Shown here: one piece after another, positions 1 through 8,878 of the stretch
How positions within the stretch are numbered: position 1 is the first letter of the stretch
Layout: every line of letters begins with the position of its first letter
Assembly (NCBI GenBank): GCA_017515795.1
Contig: JAFWEE010000013.1
Location: 2,010 to 66,009 of the forward strand
Source: Bacilli bacterium
GTDB lineage: Bacteria > Bacillota_I > Bacilli_A > RF39 > UBA660
Length of the DNA: 64,000 nucleotides
Direction of reading: 5' to 3'
Position numbers and translations under genes: made by a program
The notes under the pieces: model-generated
Told to the model about the DNA's origin: nothing
The model's database searches: none
Seen by the model: the letters and a program-made list of their open reading frames with translations, nothing else

Positions 1-48
1 ATGTCCTGAATATGTGTTAACTACATACCATTGCTTTTCTTCTTCCAT
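1..48 (-). CDS. nusG: Transcription termination/antitermination factor NusG, N-terminal 16 codons (runs off window)
   Basis: Reverse complement of 1-48 reads MEEEKQWYVVNTYSGH, the NusG N-terminal motif; directly downstream of secE. Confidence 0.88.
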   Translation of the reverse strand, partial: MEEEKQWYVVNTYSGH

Positions 49-49
49 A

Positions 50-262
50 TTAGAACCATCCTTTAATAGCATTAATTATAGAACTAAAATCAATACCTTT
101 TACTAAACTAATTAATAATTGAATTCCCATAAAGAATAATGCAAAGAATATAACTGTTACTAATGTTACGATAACATTGTTAACTAGGTCTTTTCCTTTA
201 CTCCATCTAATTCTTTTAGCTTCAGTTTTTAAATCTAAAAATAAATCTTTTACTTTTGACAT
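50..262 (-). CDS. secE: Preprotein translocase subunit SecE
   Basis: 70 aa, EAKRIRWS-K motif followed by one TM helix; adjacent to nusG. Confidence 0.9.
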   Translation of the reverse strand: MSKVKDLFLDLKTEAKRIRWSKGKDLVNNVIVTLVTVIFFALFFMGIQLLISLVKGIDFSSIINAIKGWF

Positions 263-328
263 GTTTTCACCTTACTTTATTTCAAAATAAAAAACACTTC
301 TTTGTGTTTCTAAATAAAATATAACATA

Positions 329-353
329 AAAACCGTTATAAGTCAACGGTTTT
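329..353 (-). terminator. Rho-independent terminator of the DUF4417 module
   Basis: AAAACCGTT-7nt-AACGGTTTT inverted repeat 22 nt after the stop of 376..915. Confidence 0.7.
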
Positions 354-375
354 CATGTATATTTGTTAAATAATA

Positions 376-915
376 TTAAAATAATTTATTTACTCTTCTG
401 GAAACATTTACAACTAAGTTATTATCATCACCTTTATAGTCTTCAATAACCTTGTCAATTTCTAATATATCATTAATATCACTGTCAACATTAATGTTCA
501 TAGTTTCCATGAAGAACCAGTCTCTTGAAATAGTATAATCATGTTGATTTGTCTTTAAAATAATAGCTTCATCAAAGGATATTTCATAAGTGCCATCATT
601 TATAGTATCGTTAATTATTTCAATCGATTCAATTCTTTCATTTATGCTAAATTCTTTTACTTTATTATTATCAACTAAAAAGTTGAAATTACTAGTATTG
701 CTTACTTTATCAACAGTAAAATATGAAATAGATTCATTTTCTAAATCTGCAAAATTACTTTCGTGAGTATTGTTGTTAATAACTATACTATAATCCTCAA
801 ATTCTAATACAATATTAGCAAATATAGGATCAGTATATACTATTTTATTTAATATTTTACCTTTTAACTCTTTTAATACATCTAATTCTTTTAATAAAAA
901 ATCTTGTTTTATCAT
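376..915 (-). CDS. Acidic hypothetical protein (possible immunity/partner protein)
   Basis: 179-aa ORF, D/E-rich, GGAGG RBS, 4 nt from the upstream gene; no recognisable motif. Confidence 0.7.
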   Translation of the reverse strand: MIKQDFLLKELDVLKELKGKILNKIVYTDPIFANIVLEFEDYSIVINNNTHESNFADLENESISYFTVDKVSNTSNFNFLVDNNKVKEFSINERIESIEIINDTINDGTYEISFDEAIILKTNQHDYTISRDWFFMETMNINVDSDINDILEIDKVIEDYKGDDNNLVVNVSRRVNKLF

Positions 916-919
916 ATTA

Positions 920-1363
920 TTATTCCTCCTCTATATGAATTTTTTGATTCTTAACAGTAGTTTTTATATTGCTTTTTTTTACATTGATATCTACAGCAGG
1001 TGATTTTCCTTTTCTACTAGTCTTGGTACTAATTCTCATAGTAATTATGCTACCATCTGATAAAGAAGAAATCTTAAAATTATTGTCATTCTTTAATTTT
1101 GTTCCACCTTTTGATATCTTACTAAAAAAGTCATTGGCTGTTTTTATTGGATCTTTTGACTTGATCACTCTTACTTTATAAGAACTACCCTTCTCACCAA
1201 AATAGCCACTACCTGAAATAGGATAAGCATTTTTCATTTTTCCTATATTACTATTGATATTTCCTCTATTAGATTTATTTGTTCTGTTTTCTATTCTAGA
1301 TACAGATGAAGAATAACTATTTATATATTTGCCTGTATCCTTTATTCCATTAATTCTTCCCAT
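920..1363 (-). CDS. Basic hypothetical protein, possible small RNase/toxin-like domain
   Basis: 147 aa, K/R/S-rich; C-terminal DGSIITMR..S....SPAVDINV...QKIH pattern; overlaps the DUF4417 stop. Confidence 0.6.
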   Translation of the reverse strand: MGRINGIKDTGKYINSYSSSVSRIENRTNKSNRGNINSNIGKMKNAYPISGSGYFGEKGSSYKVRVIKSKDPIKTANDFFSKISKGGTKLKNDNNFKISSLSDGSIITMRISTKTSRKGKSPAVDINVKKSNIKTTVKNQKIHIEEE

Positions 1364-2075
1364 TTTTCTTACCTCTGTTTGAAATTCTTAAAGAATTTTC
1401 TGGAATAATAATTTTAACATTATTGTTAACAGCATATTTAAATATATCTAATATAATAGAATCATCATATGTTGTTGTATAAACAATTATAGCATGTAAC
1501 TCTAGATTATCAACAGCATATTTAACAGCTTTTTCTAATAGAAGTCTAGCATCAATATCAGTAATACATGATACTGCACTAAAGCATACTACATGACAGT
1601 CTTTTAAACCATCAACCATTAGTTCAAATGAATCATCATTTGTATATGTCATATTTGGTATTACTATGGTATTTAACTCCATAGTAAACCATAAGGATAC
1701 TAATCTTGCTTCAAATACCCTTATCATATTAACTAGTGGATATTCAAAATTATTGATTAAACTATAATCAGGTGAAATAAAGTATTTAACACCATGATAT
1801 TTCTTTTTAAAATAATCTAATCTCTTTTTATCATTATAAATAATTGAGTTTAATAATCCCTTTTGACCATTAAATAAACTATCCCATTCATAAAATGCTA
1901 CTGCAGTATGTGAAGTATAGTTAAACTTTCCAGGTCTATTAAATGATGTAATATAATCTGGATAAATATCTATATTACATTCTAATTTTGGCATATACTT
2001 ATCTGGAGTAGTAGTTGCCAATAAATCATAATACTCCATATTTATTTTGCTATTTAAATTTTTAGTTTTTCTCAT
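1350..2075 (-). CDS. DUF4417 domain protein
   Basis: FYEWDSLF...ISPDYSL...LWF...VIPNMTY...DGL pattern matches DUF4417 as I recall it. Confidence 0.7.
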   Translation of the reverse strand: MRKTKNLNSKINMEYYDLLATTTPDKYMPKLECNIDIYPDYITSFNRPGKFNYTSHTAVAFYEWDSLFNGQKGLLNSIIYNDKKRLDYFKKKYHGVKYFISPDYSLINNFEYPLVNMIRVFEARLVSLWFTMELNTIVIPNMTYTNDDSFELMVDGLKDCHVVCFSAVSCITDIDARLLLEKAVKYAVDNLELHAIIVYTTTYDDSIILDIFKYAVNNNVKIIIPENSLRISNRGKKNGKN

Positions 2076-2466
2076 TATAACAGGCTCCTTTCAATAAAAA
2101 TTGAGAAAATATTTGAAAAATTTTTTTAAAAATTATTTCAAATATTTGATCAAACATGTTATAATGAAGATGTAGTGAATCACCATTTGAATATAACATG
2201 TTGTGTCTACACGTTTTGTTATTCACAGTAACAAGACGTTTTTTTATACTTTCGTTTATAATTATGTATACCTCCTTTTCTTTAGATTTGAGTATTAGAA
2301 AAAACTCCCTCTACTCATAATTTTATCTTAGCACGGGAAATTATTATAACTATGTTGCAATTGCAAATTTTTTAATAAAATAAGCAAAAAATTAATAGAT
2401 ATATCACATTTTTAAATAATATTTAAATTTTTGTACAAAAAAGGAAGAAATAAATTCTTCCTTTTC

Positions 2467-3054
2467 TTATTCATTATATTCAATTGGTTCTGATCTTGTA
2501 CAAGAACCACCATTATTTTTTATAAAGAAATCTATTTTATCTAATGCTTCATAAGCATCACTTGTATCTATATCTATTATATTTGATAAGTAAGCATCTC
2601 CACCGGCTTCTTTTATTTGTCCTGTTGTCTCATAGTATAAGAATTCATATCCATATGTTTCATCATGTATATTACATGTAATAGATATATTCATAAGTCT
2701 ACCAGAGTTCTTTTCACGAATATTTTTAAATAATATATTGGCTACTATTAATAAAATTGGTAATAGAATTAGTAGGACTACTATTACTTTGATTATTTTT
2801 AATGTTAAACCTGCTAGTTTTTCAGTATTAGATGTTTTTTCTACTAATACTTCTTTTATATCATTATTAGTTAATTCATCTAAACTAACATTAAATATTT
2901 TAGATAATTCTTTTGATTGTTTTAAATCAGGAGAAGTTTCACCTAGTTCCCATTTAGAAATAGTTTGTCTAGCTACTCCTACTTTTTCAGCAAGTTCTTC
3001 TTGTGATAAACCATTCTTTTTTCTTAATTCCATTATCTTTTTTCCAATTTCCAC
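2467..3054 (-). CDS. XRE-family HTH regulator with one TM helix and extracytoplasmic C-terminus
   Basis: LRKKNGLSQEELAEKVGVARQTISKWELGETSPD; hydrophobic IIKVIVVLLILLPILLIVANI; start moved to GTG at 3054 after AAAGGAGG. Confidence 0.85.
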   Translation of the reverse strand: MEIGKKIMELRKKNGLSQEELAEKVGVARQTISKWELGETSPDLKQSKELSKIFNVSLDELTNNDIKEVLVEKTSNTEKLAGLTLKIIKVIVVLLILLPILLIVANILFKNIREKNSGRLMNISITCNIHDETYGYEFLYYETTGQIKEAGGDAYLSNIIDIDTSDAYEALDKIDFFIKNNGGSCTRSEPIEYNE

Positions 3055-3181
3055 AATAATCCCTCCTTTCAAATACAATCATATGATATTTGAAGTATGT
3101 TCTCTACCATTTTTAACTGGAAATTACGCCCTTTTTCTTAACATTTATTATAACATAATAAAAAGCAAATTAAAAATCTGC

Positions 3182-3838
3182 TTAAATTATTAATAGTAAT
3201 ATGACTCCTAAGATATCTGCTAAAAAATGTGGAATCCAACTACACCATGCATTATCTGTTTCTTTAAATACTAATCCAAATAATGATGAATCAATGAATA
3301 CAAATAGTAAGTCATATATTACTACTATAGTACTTCCTGCACTATAATGACCAAACGCAAATAGTATTGAAGATATAATAAGTGCTGGGATAAATTTAAT
3401 ATATTTAGTAGCCTTATTTTGGAAGAATGCCCTCCATGCTATTTCTTCTCCTAATGTAGATACTGCAAGTATTAGTATTGTTTGAATCATTTTTGATGTA
3501 TCTAAAAAACTAATTCTGTCATTTACATGTTCATTTACTTCTGGTAAAAATTTACTTGCAATTACAATAGATAAAATGCATGTTACAAATGGTAGTATTG
3601 CAAATATTATTGCTTTTGGATGATCTTTAAAGTCTTTAAATATTGTTTTAATATTAAATCCTTTGTTTTTAGTATTATTTGTCTTTCTAGTAACGAAATA
3701 AGCTATTACTCCAATGATTACTGATAGACCAGCTAGTTTAATTACTTCTCCATTATATTTAATATTAAATAAATTAGTAAATGATAATAATACCATTACT
3801 ATAAAAAATACTATTACAAGTTTATTACCCTTTTTCAT
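3182..3838 (-). CDS. CPBP (CAAX protease-like/Abi) intramembrane glutamic endopeptidase
   Basis: EEIAWRA, FAFGH and HFLAD motifs; multiple TM helices. Confidence 0.88.
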   Translation of the reverse strand: MKKGNKLVIVFFIVMVLLSFTNLFNIKYNGEVIKLAGLSVIIGVIAYFVTRKTNNTKNKGFNIKTIFKDFKDHPKAIIFAILPFVTCILSIVIASKFLPEVNEHVNDRISFLDTSKMIQTILILAVSTLGEEIAWRAFFQNKATKYIKFIPALIISSILFAFGHYSAGSTIVVIYDLLFVFIDSSLFGLVFKETDNAWCSWIPHFLADILGVILLLII

Positions 3839-3868
3839 ATATACACCTCTATTATAATTATAACATAT

Positions 3869-3892
3869 AAAAAAGATAGATTACTCTATCTT
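3869..3892 (-). terminator. Terminator overlapping the dinD stop; near-identical to the sigH terminator
   Basis: AAAAAAGATAGATTACTCTATCTT; 23/24 identical to 5544..5567. Confidence 0.7.
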
Positions 3893-4678
3893 TTTATTAT
3901 CAATATCTTTAATAGATGATTTAGGAGTTGGTAAGTCTTCTGGCATAGTTCCTTTTATCTTTTTAATGGATTCTCTTACTTCTTTAGCTACTTCGAAGTG
4001 TGTTAAGTTAGCTTCATATTCATTATCTACTTTATCTCTTTTAAGTTTACTATCAGTTTGTATTATTCTAAAGAGATTATCTGCTAGTTCTTCACTACCC
4101 ATAAAGTCTAATATATCTTGTCTATAGTTTAATTCTTTTCTCTTAGCTATATCATTAGCTGTCTCACCATTATAAAGGCCTTTATAGCCTGCATTATGGA
4201 ACTCACCAAGGTTCTTTACTCCAGAGTTTATTGCAGTCCTATTTAGACCATAATTACCGTTTCTAACTTGTTTTCTTATTTTGATTCTTTTATCATCCTC
4301 TGATAAATTCTTAAGTTCATCTTCGAGTAACTCTTGTTTTCTAGTTTGAATAGCAAAATAAGTTTGGCCTAGAGCTACTACTTCTTTTCTAGGATCAGCA
4401 TTTTGAGTTATTAAATAGCAAGCATATCTAGATAACTTATAATCTAATACATTTTGAATATTCCCATTTCCTCCTACTAACGGTTTACTGACCTCAGTAA
4501 ACTGTTCTGATAAAGAAATATTACTATTAATGCAAGATATTTTTGCATTATTAATTACTGTTTTAAAATTCTGCCATTTTTTATATTCTAAAACTACCAT
4601 TAATTCTCTTGCATACCAATATTCATTACCAACTTCATCTATATGTCTTATCTTTTCAAATATACTATTAGTAGTCAT
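3881..4678 (-). CDS. dinD: DNA damage-inducible protein D (BRO-N-like N-terminus)
   Basis: EYWYARELM..LEY..WQNF, YKLSRYACYLITQNADPRKEVVALGQTYFAIQTRKQE; start moved to ATG 4678 after GGAGGT. Confidence 0.85.
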   Translation of the reverse strand: MTTNSIFEKIRHIDEVGNEYWYARELMVVLEYKKWQNFKTVINNAKISCINSNISLSEQFTEVSKPLVGGNGNIQNVLDYKLSRYACYLITQNADPRKEVVALGQTYFAIQTRKQELLEDELKNLSEDDKRIKIRKQVRNGNYGLNRTAINSGVKNLGEFHNAGYKGLYNGETANDIAKRKELNYRQDILDFMGSEELADNLFRIIQTDSKLKRDKVDNEYEANLTHFEVAKEVRESIKKIKGTMPEDLPTPKSSIKDIDNKKIE

Positions 4679-4739
4679 AGACACCTCCAATAGTTATATT
4701 TGATATAAATATTAAAAATCCACTAAAAAAGACTAGTAA

Positions 4740-5489
4740 TTATCCTAGTCTTTTATTTATATTTCTATAAGTCATAGCTTCTTTTGGAAAATCGGCTTCT
4801 ATTTCTTCCTTATTCTCTAATTGTTCTTTTACTGATGCCATAAATGATTTTATAGTATCTGTAATCTTATCAGCTTCTTCTCTTGTAATACCATATTTAA
4901 CTAATTCTTCATCTGTGAAAGCAACTTTTCTTAAATGATATAAGTAGAAGATTTCACCAAGATGTAATCCTTGACTTCTCATCCTAAGAACTTCAGGATG
5001 TTTTCTTAAAGTTTCTATTATATCTTCGTTATCCATATCTACTTGAGATTCAAAGTCATACTTTAAAAATGGAATTGACGAATTTACTTTATCTAACATA
5101 TGAACTATTTTAGCTTCAAGATCTTTTTTCTCTTCAAAAGATGTAGAAGATCCTTCAAAATTCATAATATCATGATATTCACTTATTAAATATTTCATTG
5201 CTATAGCATTTACTCTTTGTTTTTCTTCTGGCGTAACACCTTCAAATCCTGTTATATCTCCTGTTATAACTTCTTCAAAATCATGATTTAAAGCATAATC
5301 AATCATTTTAAGAGTATCTACATTACTTGGTAAATATGGACCTAATAATCTAATCATAACTATTAAGTCTACAACGTGGTCTTTAACATCTTCTGTTCTA
5401 TCTCTTTTTATTTGCCATTGAAGAGGTCCACTTCTTCTTAGATCTCCAAGCATATCATAAGTAACATATAATTTTGCTTCTTTTTTCAT
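4740..5489 (-). CDS. HD-domain phosphohydrolase (YfbR-like nucleotidase)
   Basis: LRRSG..., EDVKDHV and ALNHDFEEVITGDI motifs. Confidence 0.75.
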   Translation of the reverse strand: MKKEAKLYVTYDMLGDLRRSGPLQWQIKRDRTEDVKDHVVDLIVMIRLLGPYLPSNVDTLKMIDYALNHDFEEVITGDITGFEGVTPEEKQRVNAIAMKYLISEYHDIMNFEGSSTSFEEKKDLEAKIVHMLDKVNSSIPFLKYDFESQVDMDNEDIIETLRKHPEVLRMRSQGLHLGEIFYLYHLRKVAFTDEELVKYGITREEADKITDTIKSFMASVKEQLENKEEIEADFPKEAMTYRNINKRLG

Positions 5490-5543
5490 ATTTATTCACC
5501 CCAAAAAGTAATAATATTATATATTATGAATATTATAATGTCA

Positions 5544-5567
5544 AAAAAAGATAGATTTCTCTATCTT
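5544..5567 (-). terminator. sigH terminator
   Basis: AAGATAGA-loop-TCTATCTT hairpin with T-run on the minus strand right after the sigH stop. Confidence 0.75.
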
Positions 5568-6177
5568 ATTCATTATTTTTTAATATATTTTGTACTTTAT
5601 TCTTAATCCTTGAAATAGATCCATCTACTGCTTTAGGAGTTATATTTAATAAAGCTGCTATTTCTTTATAAGTAAATCCTTGCATTCTAAGCTCAAATAC
5701 ATTATATTCTGATTCTGTTAAAACTTCTTTTACTTGATTAAATAACTCATTCTTTTCTTCCATTTCAATAAATGAATCTTCTGGATTAATATTCTTATCA
5801 TCAAATAATAAATCTATTAAAGGTCTACCATTAGTATCAGTAGTAGTATCTATAGAAATAGAATCATTAAGTATTCTATGTTTATCTCTAGTTATATTTC
5901 TAATAAAACTATACATTTGTCTATCAATACAAATATTAGCAAATGTAGAGAATTGAACATTCTTTTGTTCTTTATAGTCTACTATTGCTTGTGATAAACC
6001 AATCATACCTTCTTGTACTAAGTCTCCTAATTCATAACCTTTACTATTTAAGAAACTAGCATACTTCTTAGCTTTAATCTCTATAATATCTTTATATCTA
6101 TCATAAAAGATATCTTTAGCATCCTCATTATTTTCTGATATTAAATATAATAATTCATTATCATTTTCTTTATACAT
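5566..6177 (-). CDS. sigH: RNA polymerase sigma-H-like factor
   Basis: DLVQEGMIGL..AI.DY, FSTFANICIDRQM; region 4 LTESEYNVFELRMQGFTYKEIA; canonical position after rlmB. Confidence 0.85.
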   Translation of the reverse strand: MYKENDNELLYLISENNEDAKDIFYDRYKDIIEIKAKKYASFLNSKGYELGDLVQEGMIGLSQAIVDYKEQKNVQFSTFANICIDRQMYSFIRNITRDKHRILNDSISIDTTTDTNGRPLIDLLFDDKNINPEDSFIEMEEKNELFNQVKEVLTESEYNVFELRMQGFTYKEIAALLNITPKAVDGSISRIKNKVQNILKNNE

Positions 6178-6179
6178 AA

Positions 6180-6872
6180 TTATTCACCTTTTTGTTTAAC
6201 AACTTCATATATAAGGATACCTGCTGCTACAGAGGCATTTAAACTATTTACTTTACCTTTCATAGGTATACCTATAATAAAGTCACTTTTATCTTTAACA
6301 AGCTTACTAACTCCAGCACCTTCATTACCTATTATTAAGCATGTTTTAGAGTCATATTTAACTTTAGTATAGTCTTCTCCATCCATACAAGATGAATATA
6401 CCCAGAAACCATTATCTTTTAGAGTATCAATAGCATTAGCTAAATTACTTACTTCTACTACATCTATATTACTAAGAGCTCCTGCACTAACTTTCATAAC
6501 AGTACCAGTAATACTAACAGATCTCTTATTAGGAATAATTATTGCATCTACTCCAGCAGATTCTGCTGTTCTAATAATAGCTCCTAAATTATGAGGATCC
6601 TCTAAATGATCTAACATTACTACGAAGTTCTTATCAAGTGTATCTTTAATAGATTTATATTTAAAATCTTCTATTTCAAGAACTATACCTTGATGATTTC
6701 CTTCAAATTTTCTATCCATTTCTCTTTTATCCATTTTAATGACTCTAATATTATTATTTGCTATATCTTCTAAAATTCCCTTGTCATCAAAATTATTAGA
6801 TAAATATATAGTTTTTATTTCTTTATCACTATTAATAGTTTCTTTAAATACATTCTTACCATATACTATCAT
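6180..6872 (-). CDS. rlmB: 23S rRNA Gm2251 2'-O-methyltransferase
   Basis: SpoU motifs DPHNLGAIIRTA, GNEGAG, IPMKGKVNSLNASVA. Confidence 0.95.
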   Translation of the reverse strand: MIVYGKNVFKETINSDKEIKTIYLSNNFDDKGILEDIANNNIRVIKMDKREMDRKFEGNHQGIVLEIEDFKYKSIKDTLDKNFVVMLDHLEDPHNLGAIIRTAESAGVDAIIIPNKRSVSITGTVMKVSAGALSNIDVVEVSNLANAIDTLKDNGFWVYSSCMDGEDYTKVKYDSKTCLIIGNEGAGVSKLVKDKSDFIIGIPMKGKVNSLNASVAAGILIYEVVKQKGE

Positions 6873-6873
6873 A

Positions 6874-7257
6874 TTAAACCTCCGTAATTATTCTAATTAA
6901 TTCATTAATTCTATCCATATCTTTCTTTATATATAGATATCCAAATAAACATTCTAAAGAAGTCGCATGTTTATAAGTTAATATATCTGTATTTTTAGGA
7001 TGACTATATACTTTAGCATTTCTACCTCTTTTAACAATATCTATTTCATCATCCATAAGAATATTATTATCTAGTAAATAAGTTATAAACTTAGCTTGAT
7101 TCTTCGCAGTAACATAATTTAATGCTAAAGTTTGTAATTTATTTACTTTGTTATAACCTTTATTAATTAAATACTCTCTAATCATTAGTTCATATATACT
7201 ATCACCAATATAAGCATAAACTAATATATTAATACTATTTAAATCCATTTTTTCCAC
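6874..7257 (-). CDS. mrnC: Mini-ribonuclease III
   Basis: LVYAYIGDSIYEL, KRGRNAK, YKHATSLECLFGYLY; upstream of rlmB. Confidence 0.92.
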   Translation of the reverse strand: MEKMDLNSINILVYAYIGDSIYELMIREYLINKGYNKVNKLQTLALNYVTAKNQAKFITYLLDNNILMDDEIDIVKRGRNAKVYSHPKNTDILTYKHATSLECLFGYLYIKKDMDRINELIRIITEV

Positions 7258-7350
7258 CGCACATATAATAACATATATTATAAAAAAAGCAAATTTCTAA
7301 TTATATTATAATAATATATATAATAGGAAACAATTATAATAGACATGAAT

Positions 7351-8250
7351 TTACAAGATAATGTACTCTATAGGAATAATTCTTTTATTAGAAGTGTATT
7401 CTATATAATAGCCTTTATTTTTTCTACATAATATAATACCTTCGGTATAATTTTCATCATTAGTCTTTAAATGCTTATCTATATAATTCATATATACTTC
7501 TATTTGCCCTATGTGTTCTTTTTTTAATTCAGTTACTTTTAATTCTATAACTATATAACACTTATATTTAATATTATATAAAAGTAGATCTATAGAATTA
7601 TAAGTATCTCCTATTTTAATCCTGTATTCATTCTTTACAAAAGTGAATCCTTCTCCTAGTTCTTCGAGAAATGATGGTATTTTATCAAGAATCATTTCTT
7701 GAAGAGCCCTTTCAGATATATCATCATGATTTTTTGTATCCCTGATAATTATAGGATTCTTAACATAATCAACAACACTTGTTTCTTTACTTTCGATTAA
7801 TTTTTCTTTTGTTTTCTGTGGAAGTCTCTCATATTCATTAGATTTAATTCTCTGTCTTAGTTCTCTAACGGATAGATTATTGCATTCAATTTTACTAATA
7901 TAATAATTTATTTTGTCTATATTACTTAACGATAATAATTCAAGATAATGAGACCAAGTCAATTGGTCAGACATTGTCTGACCTTTTAAAGAATATAGAT
8001 AAAAACTTCGCATATATTTAAGATTTGTAATTCCATATCCTTTACCTAATTCTCTAGTTAATCTAGCAGAATACTCTTTTATAAGCTTATTTCCATATTT
8101 AGCTCTTTCTTCACCGCCTTGGGCTATTACTATTTCTTCGCCTACTTTTAAATAAGTTTCTAGGTCACTTCTATTCTTGCTATAGTCTTTAATTCTTTTC
8201 TTTATTTCATTATTAATTAATAGTTCTTTTATATTATTATAATGGTCCAT
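7351..8250 (-). CDS. YhcG/DUF1016 family PD-(D/E)XK nuclease-domain protein
   Basis: LTWSHYLELL, LSVRELRQRI, FLEELGEGFTFV, IDLLLY...VIELK, GQIEVYMNY. Confidence 0.88.
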   Translation of the reverse strand: MDHYNNIKELLINNEIKKRIKDYSKNRSDLETYLKVGEEIVIAQGGEERAKYGNKLIKEYSARLTRELGKGYGITNLKYMRSFYLYSLKGQTMSDQLTWSHYLELLSLSNIDKINYYISKIECNNLSVRELRQRIKSNEYERLPQKTKEKLIESKETSVVDYVKNPIIIRDTKNHDDISERALQEMILDKIPSFLEELGEGFTFVKNEYRIKIGDTYNSIDLLLYNIKYKCYIVIELKVTELKKEHIGQIEVYMNYIDKHLKTNDENYTEGIILCRKNKGYYIEYTSNKRIIPIEYIIL

Positions 8251-8381
8251 ATAAGCAAATTCCTCCTACATAATATATTTACTTTATTCTTATATAAATC
8301 CACTATTAAAAGGCATAAAAATGCCTATATTTTTTAATAATAAAAAGAATAATTTTTCTTATTTATTTGTGCAAAATGTAA

Positions 8382-8410
8382 TTGTAAAAATATAGTAATT
8401 ATGTTATTAT
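8382..8410 (+). promoter_or_regulatory. Sigma-A-type promoter with no downstream ORF
   Basis: TTGTAA(8382-87)-17 bp-TATTAT(8405-10) with extended -10 TG. Confidence 0.5.
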
Positions 8411-8416
8411 TTAGTT

Positions 8417-8490
8417 GGAATTGAAGGATGACGCTCTAACTAAACAATACGGTTAGATAATAAAAATAGTCGCTAATAGCGGCTATTTTT
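8417..8490 (+). ncRNA. Candidate ~75-nt small RNA
   Basis: Promoter upstream, internal hairpin TCTAAC/GTTAGA, and terminator 8462-8490 whose only mismatch is a G.U wobble on the + strand. Confidence 0.35.
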
Positions 8491-8510
8491 ATTTCATTAA
8501 ATAAGAATAC

Positions 8511-8789
8511 CTATTCAGGTATTCTTATTATTATTTCTCCATCTTTAGAATATAAATACTTTTCTCTAGCGTATTTCTCTATATAATCAGGATCTTGTAA
8601 CTTAGTAACAGTTCCTTTTAATTCTTCTTCTTTATCTTTTAATACTTCTAATTGAGTAGTATATTCTTTCTTTTCAGCTTTCTTCTTATATATATCTACT
8701 ACTGTTGAGCCTACACTTTTTATAAGCACAAAACCAATAGCAATATAAACAATAGCAAATAATAAAGTTTTCTTACTTATATTTTTCAT
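8511..8789 (-). CDS. divIC: Septum formation initiator (FtsB/DivIC family)
   Basis: N-terminal TM, coiled coil, LQDPDYIEKYAREKYLYSKDGEIII. Confidence 0.8.
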   Translation of the reverse strand: MKNISKKTLLFAIVYIAIGFVLIKSVGSTVVDIYKKKAEKKEYTTQLEVLKDKEEELKGTVTKLQDPDYIEKYAREKYLYSKDGEIIIRIPE

Positions 8790-8878
8790 ATGCACACTCT
8801 CCTAATTTTATAGTAGCAACTATAAATATAATTAGCAATATATATAGACAAGGGGTTTACAATAATAAAAGCAGAATA

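Noticed and set aside
8410-8460. Fluoride or preQ1 riboswitch, or tRNA fragment
   Set aside because: Only a short GATGAC-like match; core consensus absent, no downstream gene on that strand, no cloverleaf
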